Made by a program: the position numbers and the translations under genes. The notes under the pieces were generated by a model. The model saw only the letters and a list, made by a program, of their open reading frames with translations. It was not told the DNA's origin and did not search any database. A stretch of 63,686 bases of DNA, counting the filler, from Kipferlia bialata (Eukaryota), in assembly GCA_003568945.1 (NCBI GenBank). It is 6 parts of 6 records of this genome, joined end to end, with 100 filler letters (N's around TTAATTAATTAA, not from the genome) between each part and the next. Parts side by side here need not be neighbours in the genome. Positions count along the whole stretch, not along the records: positions 11,161 to 26,789 come from BDIP01000680.1; 5 more parts are not named here. One strand, given 5' to 3'. This document shows, piece by piece, positions 11,987 to 24,895 of the stretch (the stretch's first letter is position 1; the number at the start of each line of letters is the position of its first letter).

Positions 11987-14900
11987 TCAGTCATCGTCTG
12001 AGGAGGATGCGGAGGCCCCTGCGGCCAGCATACCAAACACACAGTACAAGGCAGCGAGGGCCAGCATGATGGCAATGATGATCATGATGATGATGAAGAG
12101 AATGTACAGCCCAATGGCTGCCAGCACGACCATAACCAGGGCCTGCAGCCTGAAGAGGAGGGTGAACTTCCTATCGTCGTTGAAGGAGAGGAGGCCAAAG
12201 TGGGTGTGGAGCATGATGAACACCTCGCACATGATGAGGAAGACAGCCACGGGCAGGACGTCTGAGGATGATACCACAAACAACACAGCCATTGAGATGA
12301 AGGGGAGGGTGAGGGTGAGCAAGGACACAGTGGCGCCCTTGACAGCATCACTGATGCCCACAAAGGGCTTCCTCTTGTTATACAGCCACTTGGTGTTGAG
12401 TTCGTTGAGGATGGGGGTGAAGAGCTCGGTGGAGGTGTGCTTGAGACAGGCCGTGGCGTCCTCCCACGTGTCCATCACATACTGCTTGAGGTGCAGAGCC
12501 TCGGGACCAGCAACGGCCACAGCGGTGAACACAAACACAGTGGCGAAGGCATAGACTACCACAAATACGCTTCTGGCTGCTCCCTCCCCTGTGATGATGT
12601 ACCATACCGCTATGTTGGTGACAATGGAAGCAAAGATCTGGGCGTGAGTGCACTATAGTCCAGCGGAGGGTTAGTGGAGAGGGATGCTATGCAATGAGCA
12701 GTTCTACACGATCCACCATCCCATACCTCCAGAGACTCATTGACAAAGTGCAGTGCTGGCCATAGGGCCGCCCTCCAGATAATGTTGTCGAACTTGTTCT
12801 GCAGGTGGTTGAGGTAGTAGTTGCCTGCAGTTGCTATGAGCATCACTATACAGCACAGCACGTAGAGCAGGGTGAAGTTCCTCTCCTTGGCGATGATGGT
12901 GTCGGTGATGTTGGCGGCAACGATGTCCAGTTCCGTGGACAGGCGGATGGCCCAGCCCAGGACGGGGTAGGTGAGCATGCGGATGGGGATGGTCACGGGG
13001 AAGAAGAAGGCGACAAAGCGAAGAATGACGAAGAAGTCTGGGAGTAAGGACCATGAAAAATGCAGAAACCTAAGTCGATATTCACAAAAGCCCTCTGGCC
13101 TACTCTAACGAATTGGTCGAATGTGATAAATACAAACTGAGTATACTACCCTACTCACCTCCTGCCAGGATGAGAATCTTGACCAGGCCCATCATTGACA
13201 CCACAATGGCGGTGGCTATCCACCGGGTCCTCTTGTCTGTGGGCTCTGCTGGGGCACCTGCTCTCACGAGGTTGTTGTACTTGTTGACCTTGTAGAAAGT
13301 GACCATGAGGCCAATGAACACTATCAGAGCCCATGCGCATATCCACTTGACGGCAGGGGTGCTCACGGTGACGGGGATGTTGAGGATGACGTCATTCGAG
13401 TTGAACAGGAAGCGTAGGTTGATGTTGAGAGGAGCAAGGTCGTTGAGACACACATCAACCTCACACTGGTTGCCGTCCAGCGTGTAGTCAAACGACCATG
13501 AGTCCACGTATGTGGTCTGGACTGATATGCCGTCTGTAGCACAGGAGACTGGGGCCCCTGCGGCATCTGTGAACTGCACTATCATGGACGTGCACTCACC
13601 CCTGTCCATCACAGCTGCAAACTCCTCGTCCATCAGCACACCGGCCACGACATCACTCACGGACTCCATTGAAGACTGCATGAGGCCCGTTCCCTCTGTG
13701 CTAGTCACGGAGGTACCCACTGATATGCTGATGATCTCACCGGCTGCTCCGAACTGCCAGTCGTCCTCTAGGGTGATGGGGTTGTTGAGGACACCCACGG
13801 TACCGTATACAGGGTCCACCATGACTGTGGCGGGGTAGGACACTTCATCGTACCCCAACTGTACCGTGATAGAGGCCCCATAGGAGGCAGCCCCATCTGG
13901 AAGGGCCACACCAGTGACACCACTGGCGGCATTGGTCACAATGGGGAGGGTGTAAGGGAGGGATGGGGCAGAAGCAACCTGGAGGCTGATGGACGCCTTG
14001 GTAATTGTCCCAAGCTTGGCATACACACTAACTGGGCCGGACAGTGATGTCGAGGCAGTGACTCTTACGGTGCAGGAGGTGATAGAGCTGTCCAGGTTGT
14101 ATAGCGTTTCCGCGGTCAGGTAACTGGAGCTGGTGTCGATGTCTAGCACAGCACATGAGGTAGGTGTGCCCCCCGAGAGCATGGGTATGTCGAGGGTCAG
14201 GTCTGTGGTCTTCCCCTTCACCACTGCCTGTCCATTCTGGGTGGAGAGGGTTGCGGAGAAAGAGGAGGAGTCGGAGGGGGTGGGGCAACTCTGCACCCAG
14301 CCGATGGCCCTATCTGCCTCCTGGTCCGTGACTGTATACACCACAGGGATCATGAGAGCCTGTCCCTCGGCCCCTGTCTGCCACTCGTAGGGTATGGCGT
14401 GGGGGGTGGATAGGGAGAGGAGGGACTCATCGCCATAGGCCTCGGCTACGCCCTCATAAGCCACCTCATCTACACCCAGCAGCACCTGTACAGCGGTACC
14501 CACAGTGACAGTAGATGGTAGTACGACACCAGTGATGCCAGAGAGGCTGTTGGCGATGACGGGCAGGGTGTAGGGAGCGGAGGGCTGGTCAACGGCCGAG
14601 AAGGGGATGGAGAGGAGGGTGGAAGAGCCCTNNNNNNNNNNNNNNNNNNNNNNNNNNNNNNNNNNNNNNNNNNNNNNNNNNNNNNNNNNNNNNNNNNNNN
14701 NNNNNNNNNNNNNNNNNNNNNNNNNNNNNNNNNNNNNNNNNNNNNNNNNNNNNNNNNNNNNNNNNNNNNNNNNNNNNNNNNNNNNNNNNNNNNNNNNNNN
14801 NNNNNNNNNNNNNNNNNNNNNNNNNNNNNNNNNNNNNNNNNNNNNNNNNNNNNNNNNNNNNNNNNNNNNNNNNNNNNNNNNNNNNNNNNNNNNNNNNNNN

Positions 14901-16484
14901 NNNNNNNNNNNNNNNNNNNNNNNNNNNNNNNNNNNNNNNNNNNNNNNNNNNNNNNNNNNNNNNNNNNNNNNNNNNNNNNNNNNNNNNNNNNNNNNNNNNN
15001 NNNNNNNNNNNNNNNNNNNNNNNNNNNNNNNNNNNNNNNNNNNNNNNNNNNNNNNNNNNNNNNNNNNNNNNNNNNNNNNNNNNNNNNNNNNNNNNNNNNN
15101 NNNNNNNNNNNNNNNNNNNNNNNNNNNNNNNNNNNNNNNNNNNNNNNNNNNNNNNNNNNNNNNNNNNNNNNNNNNNNNNNNNNNNNNNNNNNNNNNNNNN
15201 NNNNNNNNNNNNNNNNNNNNNNNNNNNNNNNNNNNNNNNNNNNNNNNNNNNNNNNNNNNNNNNNNNNNNNNNNNNNNNNNNNNNNNNNNNNNNNNNNNNN
15301 NNNNNNNNNNNNNNNNNNNNNNNNNNNNNNNNNNNNNNNNNNNNNNNNNNNNNNNNNNNNNNNNNNNNNNNNNNNNNNNNNNNNNNNNNNNNNNNNNNNN
15401 NNNNNNNNNNNNNNNNNNNNNNNNNNNNNNNNNNNNNNNNNNNNNNNNNNNCCACGGCCGAGGACACACTCACCTCTGACGCATCCTCCAGCGACACCTC
15501 CACGTCGACACACCCTCCGCGCACACACGTGTATGGGTAAGGGAGGTCCTGTATCACCTCAGCAGAGACAGGGTCCTCAGGGTCTGAGGAGAGGGTGTTG
15601 CTCTGGATGTATCCAGTCCCGGTGGAGGAGAGAGACCCAGAGGAAGAGCGCACATAGACTGGTATGGGCAGGGCCTGTGCGGTCTGCGTGTGCTGCCAGG
15701 AGGGGTCGATGGAGTAGGGGGTGGAGAGCACGGCCACTCTCTCCCCATCCACTGTCTCCTCAGAGGCTGCAACCTCGACCTCATCTGCCCCCAGCACCAC
15801 AGTCAGACTGCCGGAGTAGGTGAAGTCGGACGGTAGCTGCACCCCTGTGATGGCTGTGTCACTGTCTGCCAGATACGGTGTGGTGCAGGGCAGGGCCAGG
15901 TCATAGATGATGTAGAGGGGGATGGTGAGCAGGGAGGAGCTGTTGTATCTGAGGCTGACGGAGTAGTACCCCTGCGACACACCGTGCTGGGTGGTGCATA
16001 TGCTCACCCGGCATGTCCCGTCTGACTGGGAGGACACGGAGGTCGAGATGTAGCTGCTCCCATCATATACCGACAGATATGACGAGACATCAGCACAGGG
16101 GACATCTCCCCCGTCGCTGTCGTAGAGCTGCACATCCGGGTAGGTGCACTCTCCTGACAGAATGCCACTGGAGAAGTCAGTGGAGACGATAGAGGCTGAA
16201 GAAGGGATGTTGGATTTCACAACTGATCCAGCTAGATTGTCTGGTCCACTCGAACCCAAAACTGTCTTGGACTTGTGACCCGAAACCGCCTCAGATGCCT
16301 ATTGTGAGCAATATATCGGTCTCTGGTGCTAGAAAAACGCCATAGATGGTCAAAAGAGGGATGTGTGATGCAAAAGAACGATGTCGGATGAGTATAACTG
16401 TTTCCAACGTACATTGGCGCACGAGGCCAAGCATATGGCTATAAAAAGCACCAGAGTGGTGGCTAGAGGTCGTTGACCACCCAT
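11987..16484 (-). CDS. Large membrane protein: signal peptide, tandem ~190-aa beta-rich ectodomain repeats, C-terminal polytopic TM region
   Basis: Signal peptide MGGQRPLATTLVLFIAICLASCAN, then an intron to ...CTCACAATAG|ASEAVSG. Long open frames flank the N gap (14589-16259, 13151-14631). In-frame introns at ~13040-13158 and ~12656-12727 join ORFs 12610-12996 and 11987-12562; about 8-10 hydrophobic helices; stop at 11987. Confidence 0.8.
14632..15451. other. Sized scaffold gap (~820 N) inside a coding exon
   Basis: N run flanked by coding sequence of the same repeat protein. Confidence 0.97.
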
Positions 16485-16618
16485 CTGGTGGCTGTGGGCA
16501 CTATTATCCACTGAAAAGGAGGTATGTAAGACTTGTGTCACTTGAACCTCCTACACGCATTTGACAATTTCCATCTTGTCATGGGCCCGACTCAGACTGA
16601 CAACCCCTCTACCGACCT

Positions 16619-17948
16619 ATGTCGCAGGAGCAGGTGCAGCAGAACGGGCCTGTGCCCGACCCCCCTGTGCCTGAGCCTGTGATATATGAGATGACCAAGG
16701 AGGAGAGGCGGAAGGAGCAGTGGAAGCTGTACGGCCTCGTGATCGCAGAGCTGGCTCTTGGCAACCTCTACGTGCCCTTTGCCATGTGTGTCAGTGTCCT
16801 CGCCTTCTTCTGCCTCAAGGTCGTGCCCGTCTTCATCGCTGTCCTGGGGTTGCTCAGGGTGTTTGTGTCGCCCCTCATCAGGTTTGATACTACTTGTAGC
16901 AGTATAGAACTATCCCCCATCTGTCCTCACCTCCAGGGTATTCCCGGCCATGCTCAGAGCCACGGTGGGCGTGTACTTCAGCCCCCCTGACCTCGACATC
17001 AGGTGGAGACAGGCCAGCCACGTGCTGGTGGGAGTGGGCCTGGCAGCCGCCATCTCCCTCACTGGCTTCTCCATCGCCCCTATACCCGTGTTTGTACTGG
17101 TGTCTGTGTGCCTGATAGAGTGCTACAACATCATCAGATACCCAGGTGTGTCTATGATATTCCCCTAACACACTTACTCTCTCTATTGTGTGCACTACAC
17201 TGAACTGTCTGCCCCAATTGTCTCGTCACTCTCTCCTTGACCCCAGAGAAGTACTTCAAGAAGGAGCTGGAGGCATATGAGGGCATGCTGACCCGCATCA
17301 AGGACTCAGATGCCGCAGAGGGAGACAGGACACTGGAGCTGAACGCAACCATCAAGGTAAACCCACTCCTCCACTTGCCTCTCCAGATACCCACCCCAGA
17401 ACTCTGCCTTCCTGCTAGTCCCTATCTTCGGTCCCTTCCTTGTGATTGTGGGTGACCTCCTGCAGTCCCCCCCCCTGCACGTCCCAAGGTTCAAGACCAG
17501 CCGGCTCAACTGGTACACCAACCTGGGCAGCATAGTCTGTATGCTGTCGATGGCAGAGTTCAGGGTGCCCTTTGTCATGGACCTCTCAGCCATAGTGTTT
17601 GTGCTGCTGCAGCTGTGGGACGCCTTCAATGAGGGCCGGGTGGTGACTGAGTACGAGAGGCTGGACACGGCTGATGTCAAGGAGTTTGGAGGCTATGTCA
17701 AGGACATGGTGACGGAGAAGGTGACTGGGAATGTGCGGCCCAAGGCTAGGGTGGCAGACAATCCTGTCGCTAGGGTGCCTAGGCCCACTGGTAGCACTGC
17801 ATCCAGTGCTATATCCAATGTGGTGGCAGTGGAGCAGAGGGGAGGCGGACCTTCCCCCGGCACTGGCGCTAGTGCAGGCAGCCCCAACCCTATTATCCAC
17901 TCTCCCCCTCCAGAGAACATAGAGGGATCGGCAATAGGAATGGTGTGA
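16619..17948 (+). CDS. Hypothetical multi-pass membrane protein (about 4 exons)
   Basis: ORFs 16619, 16950, 17237 and 17442 are linked by short GT...CTCAC/TTGAC..CAG introns; hydrophobic segments; low-complexity tail; TGA at 17948. Confidence 0.7.
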
Positions 17949-18092
17949 CAGGGATGAAGGGGGTGAATACGTAGGGTGAATAGAATGTACCGCTATGATT
18001 GACTCCTGGAAAATCTATTGAAATCACCTGTACAGTAAGAAAGCACATTGGGCGCATGGTCGATACACCCTAAAACTATTCACAATCTACAT

Positions 18093-21000
18093 CTACTGGG
18101 CTGCCTTCAGCTTGGCGAGCTGTGACCTCAGCATGCCCCGGTGGGTCTCAGTGCCCTGGGGTGAGGAGGAAAGATGAGATAGAGATGTACAGTGAAGAGG
18201 ATGGGGGGTACCTTGTTCTTCTGCATCTGGTTGAGCTCTCTCTCAATGGCCGCAATCCTCTCCTGGGCCGCCTTGCTCTGCCCCTTCTTGGCGCCCTTCT
18301 TGGCCTGGGCCCTGCCCTCTGCCGCCTTGGCCTGGTCTGCCTTGGACTGCGCATCCTGCTGCTTGGCCTTCTTCCTACACGATTAGAGAGAGAGGGGGGG
18401 AAGAGAGAGATAGAGGGACTATAATAGACACACCTGTCTGCCTTAGCTCTCTTCTTGGCCTGCATGTTGGTGTTGACAATCTTTCCAACTCCGTGGCCTG
18501 TCAGGTTGTTGCCTGAGGTCAAAACATATACAATGTATATTGGCAATCTAGCCCACAACCATGCGTACCGTCTGGGAGGAGTGGCACCAGCACTGCGTCT
18601 GGGATGGCCTTCATGAGTGCCCCCTCCTGCTGTGTGAGGGGGGTGACGGCACCCCTGGAGCTCTTGACATTGGAAGACAGCAGGACGCGCTTGACAAGGT
18701 CGGCGGTGTTGCTGCGCTTGATAAGACCAGGCACAAACCGTACACACCGTACACAGTGCTGCTGGACTGCCGAGTATGGCCCCACCATCAAGTGACAGGA
18801 GGTGGCATGGTCAGCGGTGGAGTCGTCAGAGGGGCGGTACCTGGGAGTGAGGGGGGGGGGGGACGGAGTGTACATATAGAGTGACAAATGATAGCATGGA
18901 GTGGGTATCACTGTTCTATAACTACGAGATCTCTGCCCCCCATACCCTGTGATGTCTCTGATGGCCTGGCACCCACTGGTGGATGCTGCTCCCTCAGACG
19001 ATGTCTGGTCAGCACCAGTGGCACTCTTCTTGGACAGACCCAGCTCGGCACGCTCGGCACGCTCCAGCTGCTTACGCTCCTGAGGTAAGATGAGTAGTTA
19101 ACAATTAGTAGACATGCGTCTTGGACATGCCTGTCTCGTGAGCACCCTCTCCTGCTGGTCGGCTGTGCGGAGGGAGGGGGGGACACGGGCGGCCTGGGGT
19201 GGGATAGGGTGGGTGGACACAGGCATGAATGAGACTGTCCATAGATTGATGCAATTCTCACCTGCAGCTGTGTGTGGACTGCCATGTCTGGGCACTCCTT
19301 CTCGGTGTGTCCTGCCTGTCCGCAGATGGTGCACAGGCACAGGGGGGCCTCCTCCTCGGTCTCCTCTGGGGTGGTCTCACCCTGTGCAGACGCTGCATCC
19401 TTGGGAGTCTTCTTGCCCTTGTGCTTGCCCACTGTCTTGGACCGCTGCTCCTGGGGTAAGGAGGGTGGCGGTTCAGAGTGGTTGTGATATACAGGAACAC
19501 CCAACTGTAGACTACCCCACCTTCTTGTGCTCCCTGAGCCTGGCCTGTCTCTCCTGCTTCTTGAGTCTCTTCTCCTCTCTCCTCGCCTCCTTCTCCGACT
19601 GCTGCTTCGACATCTGGATCTGGGGGTCAGATACATAGGGTCGAAGGGGATATGTACTATATACACACTCATGCGAGACTGTCCCACCTGCTTGCCCTTG
19701 CCCCTTCTGGCAGTCTGTGTGAAGGCACCCTCAGCGTCTCCCACCAGCCCCTGCACCAGTTCGGAGTCTGCCTGCCCAGCCCTCTCTCTCTCTCTGTCCC
19801 CCGCCTCGCCCTCCAGGAACCCGTCATCCTCTAGGGGTGAGAAGAGACACAGTGAGATGAATAGGTATATACATAAGTATCACAAAGTCCAGTGCACCAA
19901 CCTCCCTCCTGGATCATTGGCACGGTGCCTCCGTACAGACTCCGCCACACCTCCACACGGGGGGTGCTCTCTCTCTCGCTGGGGGTCTGCCTCTCGCTGC
20001 CTGTCTCGACTGCCTCTCTCTCTCTCTGCTCCACCTCTCTCTCTGCATCCCCGCAGTCCGCCCTGCCCCACAGGATACCCACCCCCATCTCAAGGGGAGG
20101 GGCCTGGATGTTGCGACGGCGGCCCCTGCAGTGAGAAGCAGTACTTGGCCAAGTAAGTATATGAATGGGGAGATCAGTTAGAATAGAGCGTTGTACCTGA
20201 TGATGAATGACCCCACTCCCAGGTACTGCCCTGACTCGGCGGTCTTGGACACCTGGTCGGGCCTCACCCAGAAGCAGTCGGCACTGACCTGGGGTAAGGG
20301 GGGGGGGGGGGGCATCATAAAGCACACAAATACACACAAATACATACCTTCTGCTTCCAGAGCTGTGAGTGTGCCGTTGCCAGAACAGATGCCTCGATGA
20401 GTGTCCTAGAAGGAGGTACCCAGTTGGGGACAGAAGCAGCCTGGGGGGGTGCCTGGGGGTAGGTGCCACGAGTATATCCTACACGGTGTATATATACATC
20501 TAGTCACACACACCTTGACCACAGTACTGGCTGCACCGTGGGTGGATGAGTGCACGAAGATGTCGTGGGGTCCCATGATTCTCTTGACCAGCTGCTCGTT
20601 GGAGTGGGCATCGCGACCTGGGGTTGGGGGGGGGGGGAGGGTAGGAGGCTTCAGTCTAGTGACTTTACACATTGTCGATACCTGCTCCTCCCTCCCCCCC
20701 ACCCCCCACCTAGTGTTGTGTGTGTATTTATCATTCTGTACCGCCCACCCCCAGTCTGGCGCTGCCCCTCCTACTAGACAGACCCTGGTCATAGCATGTG
20801 CCAGTGCAAGGTATGCTTTGTATATATATACATATATACCCAATAGTATTCAGTCCACTAGAGCAGTTGTATCCCTAACTAGAATATCCCTATTTAGATA
20901 TGTATTGATCCCAGGGAGCCCAGGCTTGGTCGGTGGGACAGAGACACATCCATCACTGAGGTAAAGAGACATAAATAATAACTGCATATAGTAGCCATAT

Positions 21001-21270
21001 ATTCAGAGGGTAGAATGAGATGGTCACATACATCACAATCATACAGTATGTTTTCTATATCCATACAGACACTCTGTGTGACTACTATTAGACCCCTCAC
21101 CCCAGGGCGTCCATGTCTTCTCCTGGCAGTTACCCGAGGCAGCCAGACAGAACCCAAAGAGACTCAAGCAGCACGCTAGGTTCTGTTAGAAGGATTGGTG
21201 TCCCACTAGCAGGCTAGGTCCCACAATGGTCATCTGTGTATCCTCTAGTGCACGCTGCATATCCTCCATC
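18093..21270 (-). CDS. NEMF: NEMF/Rqc2 (Tae2)-like ribosome quality-control protein: NFACT-R, CCHC knuckle, NFACT-C; 5' end unresolved
   Basis: [46 protein letters not shown] and [25 protein letters not shown] resemble the NEMF NFACT-R region (GGRD..QNE..VKR...GDIYVHADLHGA; WV...QVSKTAPTGEYL..GSF). Also [14 protein letters not shown] and VGPYSAVQ...VRFVPG (NFACT-C). TAG at 18093-18095. Confidence 0.85.
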
Positions 21271-21763
21271 CTGCACAGTACGCCCCACTGTAGTACCCTC
21301 TGTGGATAGGCACTTCACGTCTCGGGCTGGTCAGATAGTACTCCGAGGGTGTTCTATCTACACTCTGGAGTAGGAGAGACAAGGAGAGGGAGGATGAGCG
21401 TGTGATTCTCGTGTGGTACACATTTATATAATTCAGCCTTTCGTGACAATAGTTTTGTCAAGGACTGACACTATCATTACCAAGTGCTGCTCTTTTGATA
21501 TGTTTTGGCGTATTTGTATTTATCTGGGAAATAGACCGCTTTCATTTGAGAACGAAGCTGCTATATTTGCCGCAGTCTTATGATAGATGGCTGGTTTATG
21601 TTGTGACGCATTATGATACTACTGGTTAGATTTAGGGGATATGTGATATATTTCATTATGCACTGAAGAAGAAGAAACGGTACTCACAAACCTCACAGGT
21701 TGAAAGAAGGAGGGGCACTGGCAGGATGAATCTCGGCAGCACTAGCCAGAGGGGCTCTACACA

Positions 21764-22388
21764 TCAACATCCCACATCAGATCCCGCCAGCCCGATTTGA
21801 ACAATGCCGGGATGCCGACGTTGATGTACTCCTCCATCCGGCCCTCAGTGAGCATTTTCATAACCATCAGCCCGACAGCCTGGAGTCAGAAGCTCACAGA
21901 ATATATCTGCCACTACCATTACACTCAGACACAATGACCTCACAGTGTCAGGCTCACACTGATACTGATATACTAGACTCACCATCTGCTCGGCGGTTGG
22001 GGTGCACTGTGCACTGCTCACTAGAGCGCTGTCGGGGGCGGCGTCGTAGGCCTCGTTGAACCTATGATTAAGGTAGCAGGACATGAGTGATATACAAAGA
22101 TCAGAACATAACGTACTTCTCACGGACTGCAGTGTCATTGTCGTACACTTCTTGGCTGTAACCGGTGCCCATGTCCTCAATTCCGTGCCACTCGTTGAGG
22201 TCACGCCTGGAGTCAAGGTAGTTCTGGCAAGAAAAGCTGGAAATAGTGGAACGATCAACGTCGTTGATTCAACGATCTATCCACACAACAAGACCCTTCA
22301 TATACACACAATGGACACCAAAATGCAGTATATACCTAGCCAGCCGCTTCCTACGGGCAGGACACTTCATCTGCTTATCCTTTGCCAT
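21764..22388 (-). CDS. Small hypothetical protein (~110 aa, 4 exons)
   Basis: MAKDKQMKCPARRKRLAR|RDLNEWHGIEDMG...|FNEAYDAAPDS...|AVGLMVMKMLTEGRMEEYINVGIP... spliced in frame with canonical introns. Confidence 0.55.
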
Positions 22389-23294
22389 CCTTTAGTGACT
22401 CTCACTCTTGAGACAAAGATAGAAAGCTAACAAAATGCCCGACGAGACCCAAATGTCCGACGAGATATCCGATGGTGTATCCGTGCTCAAATACATTGTT
22501 TATGACACAGGTTCGAGTCTAGTCACAGATGCATGAGCCTCATGCCATGACGGCCGTGCACCTTACGGGACACCCTACAGGCTCTAGTTGATCAACGACG
22601 CCATGAGAACTCAGAGGCTTCGTTGCTTGTACGTTAGTCATTTATGCTCTATGTTATGATCAATATATACTCAGCTACTGTTGTGCAAATAGGCCCAATA
22701 TCGAATAGAGCGTATCACCTCTGGTCCAGAGATGACAAGAGTTGTTCGAACTTCTCCCAGATGGGGGCTGCCTCGGGAATAATGCAAGAAGTCTAGTAGA
22801 TGATATACATGGATGTCACCCTCTGTCAGATGGTGCTGGGAGGAGCTCCTGTCCCAGAGTGGTTGGTCTGCCTGGGCCGTTTAGACAATGACGACTTAGT
22901 ATCCAAGACAAGATGAATAGTGTTCAAGAGTGCTTGGTTATGTGGGTTTTGCATGTCAAGTTAGCATTGCAAACAGAATGCTTGTGATTGGTTTTCCTGT
23001 CAATGAAGTGTTGTAGTGCAGTCACTCGTATTCCCACTGCTGCATTTGGGATAGAGAGAGGGCAACATGGTGCTACTCACAACAACTGTTCTGGGGTTAC
23101 AGAACACACCTACTCAAATTCCACCACTTGGACTCTGAGTATCATCAGAGTTGACTATCTCCTTATATTGTACATTATATCAACCAGTAATTACTTTACC
23201 CACTCTTGCTCAACCTATCTTCGACCACAACATGTATGATCCAAGGCTTGGATTCCAAGCCAGCCAAGAGTCCCCAGAAACAACCCGGGAATCT

Positions 23295-24038
23295 CTAAGC
23301 ACGGCGACGGTGCTCCAAGTACCTGACAGTTAGGTGTGGAAGAGAGTATAGATGGATGACAAACCGCCCTTGAGTTGAAAGGATGATACATACTATCATA
23401 GTATTATTAGGTAACATACATTAGCCACACTGTCCGGAAGACATGATGATACTCATCTCTAGTATTACCCGAATACACCATACTATTTGGTCCATACCGC
23501 AGCGATAAGCAAGAGGTAGAGTTTCGACAGAGAGTGCACAAGTTGTATTGATACAAAGAGAGTGAGAGGGAGATTACCTTGCCCTGTTCTCCTTCATTAG
23601 GTCCCAGTCGGCCTCCTCCTTTGCTGCCTGCTCCAGTATCTTCTTCTGCTGCTCACTTGGCAGCTCATCAAACTCCTTGTTGTGAGTGGCCACCCAGCAT
23701 ATCCAGGGGAACCTGATGTCAGTGTATCAAGCTATAACAAATGACCCAGTGTACAGTATACGGTCACTGTATCCATGACTAACTGCATATATCAGTCCAC
23801 AGGACATATCAGAATACTGTTTCAACGCCAGTGGCCATAGATGACCCGATTCGAGGGGTGTGTGTGTGCTGCTTGGTATAGAAGGAGGACACACAGCATC
23901 ACACCTTTGCTCTGCCTCTGCCATGCTCTTAATCCAGTCCTTGGTGAAGTGTTCACTCAAGACCTCAGACTTGCCCGTCAGCTTGGAAAGTGTGGTGTCT
24001 TTATCAGAAAGCTGTCGATCTCTTCTTGCGTGGCCCAT
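23295..24038 (-). CDS. Small helical hypothetical protein (~100 aa, at least 3 exons)
   Basis: MGHARRDRQ...AEAEQR|FPWICWVATHNKEFDELPSEQQKKILEQAAKEEADWDLMKENRAR|YLEHRRRA*; phase-2 introns with CTGAC/CTAAC..CAG acceptors. Confidence 0.55.
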
Positions 24039-24895
24039 GATCTGAACGTGTTTGAAAGAGGTTGTTAGAGAATGGGAAAATCGGAGAAACGGAGGCTCCT
24101 TTGGTTCTTTCCGGATTCTTGGTCTCTCAATGGGTTACGCGAAACATGGGACCACATAGCTTATGGACCATATATTAGAGTTAGGGACCCTAACTTAGGG
24201 TAGTGTGCATTAATCATCGAGACACATATACATACATTATGGGCAGTCACTGGTGTTGCCAGTGGATATTCTATATCATACGCCACCGTATTATTATTAT
24301 GTATGGCATTGCCATTGGCAATACTCACACCCTAATGGAAAATAGAGAGTTATCGAATCTACATATTCCTTCAGTATATACTATGTATATATATAGCATA
24401 AATCACTAAGTGATTCGCTCCTTAAACAAAGAGATTTGACAAGAACTCATCACATAGGATTGTCTAAGGAGTCCTTAGTAAGGAATCTAACCCAAGGTGT
24501 CAGTGTGTTGATAAGACTCTGACCAGCAGAGTCTGAAGGTAGGACAATTCTGTTGGATTAGCAATATGCAGGAGTATCCCTGCTACGCGTCCTGGCCAAA
24601 TCTGAGTGCATGAAGACTCTTCATTGAAGAGTGGAGAATGTCTTCTCAGAGTGTCGACTGGACATATTTATGCACACAGTTCCCAGATCTGGATGCTGCC
24701 TGCCTACTTATGAGCCATGATGAGTCTCATTTCCCCCCCAGGGCATTGCTATCAATACATGTATATACGTAAACAGCATACCCAACCAAATTCCAACTAG
24801 GCCTAGAAGTACTATGGGCAATTTAGAGTCACTGGCCATTAAGTGTGTTCTGGAGTGCTGGTTGCATCAGGGAATCTATTGCTCCTTCTGGGTGT

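Noticed and set aside
13151..16259. Very long ORFs (772, 556, 352 and 290 aa) in the ORF track
   Set aside because: Inflated by translation through N; only the flanks are real.
19290..19340. CCHC knuckle as a retroelement Gag
   Set aside because: It lies between NFACT-R and NFACT-C in a spliced NEMF-like gene; no RT, integrase or LTRs are seen.
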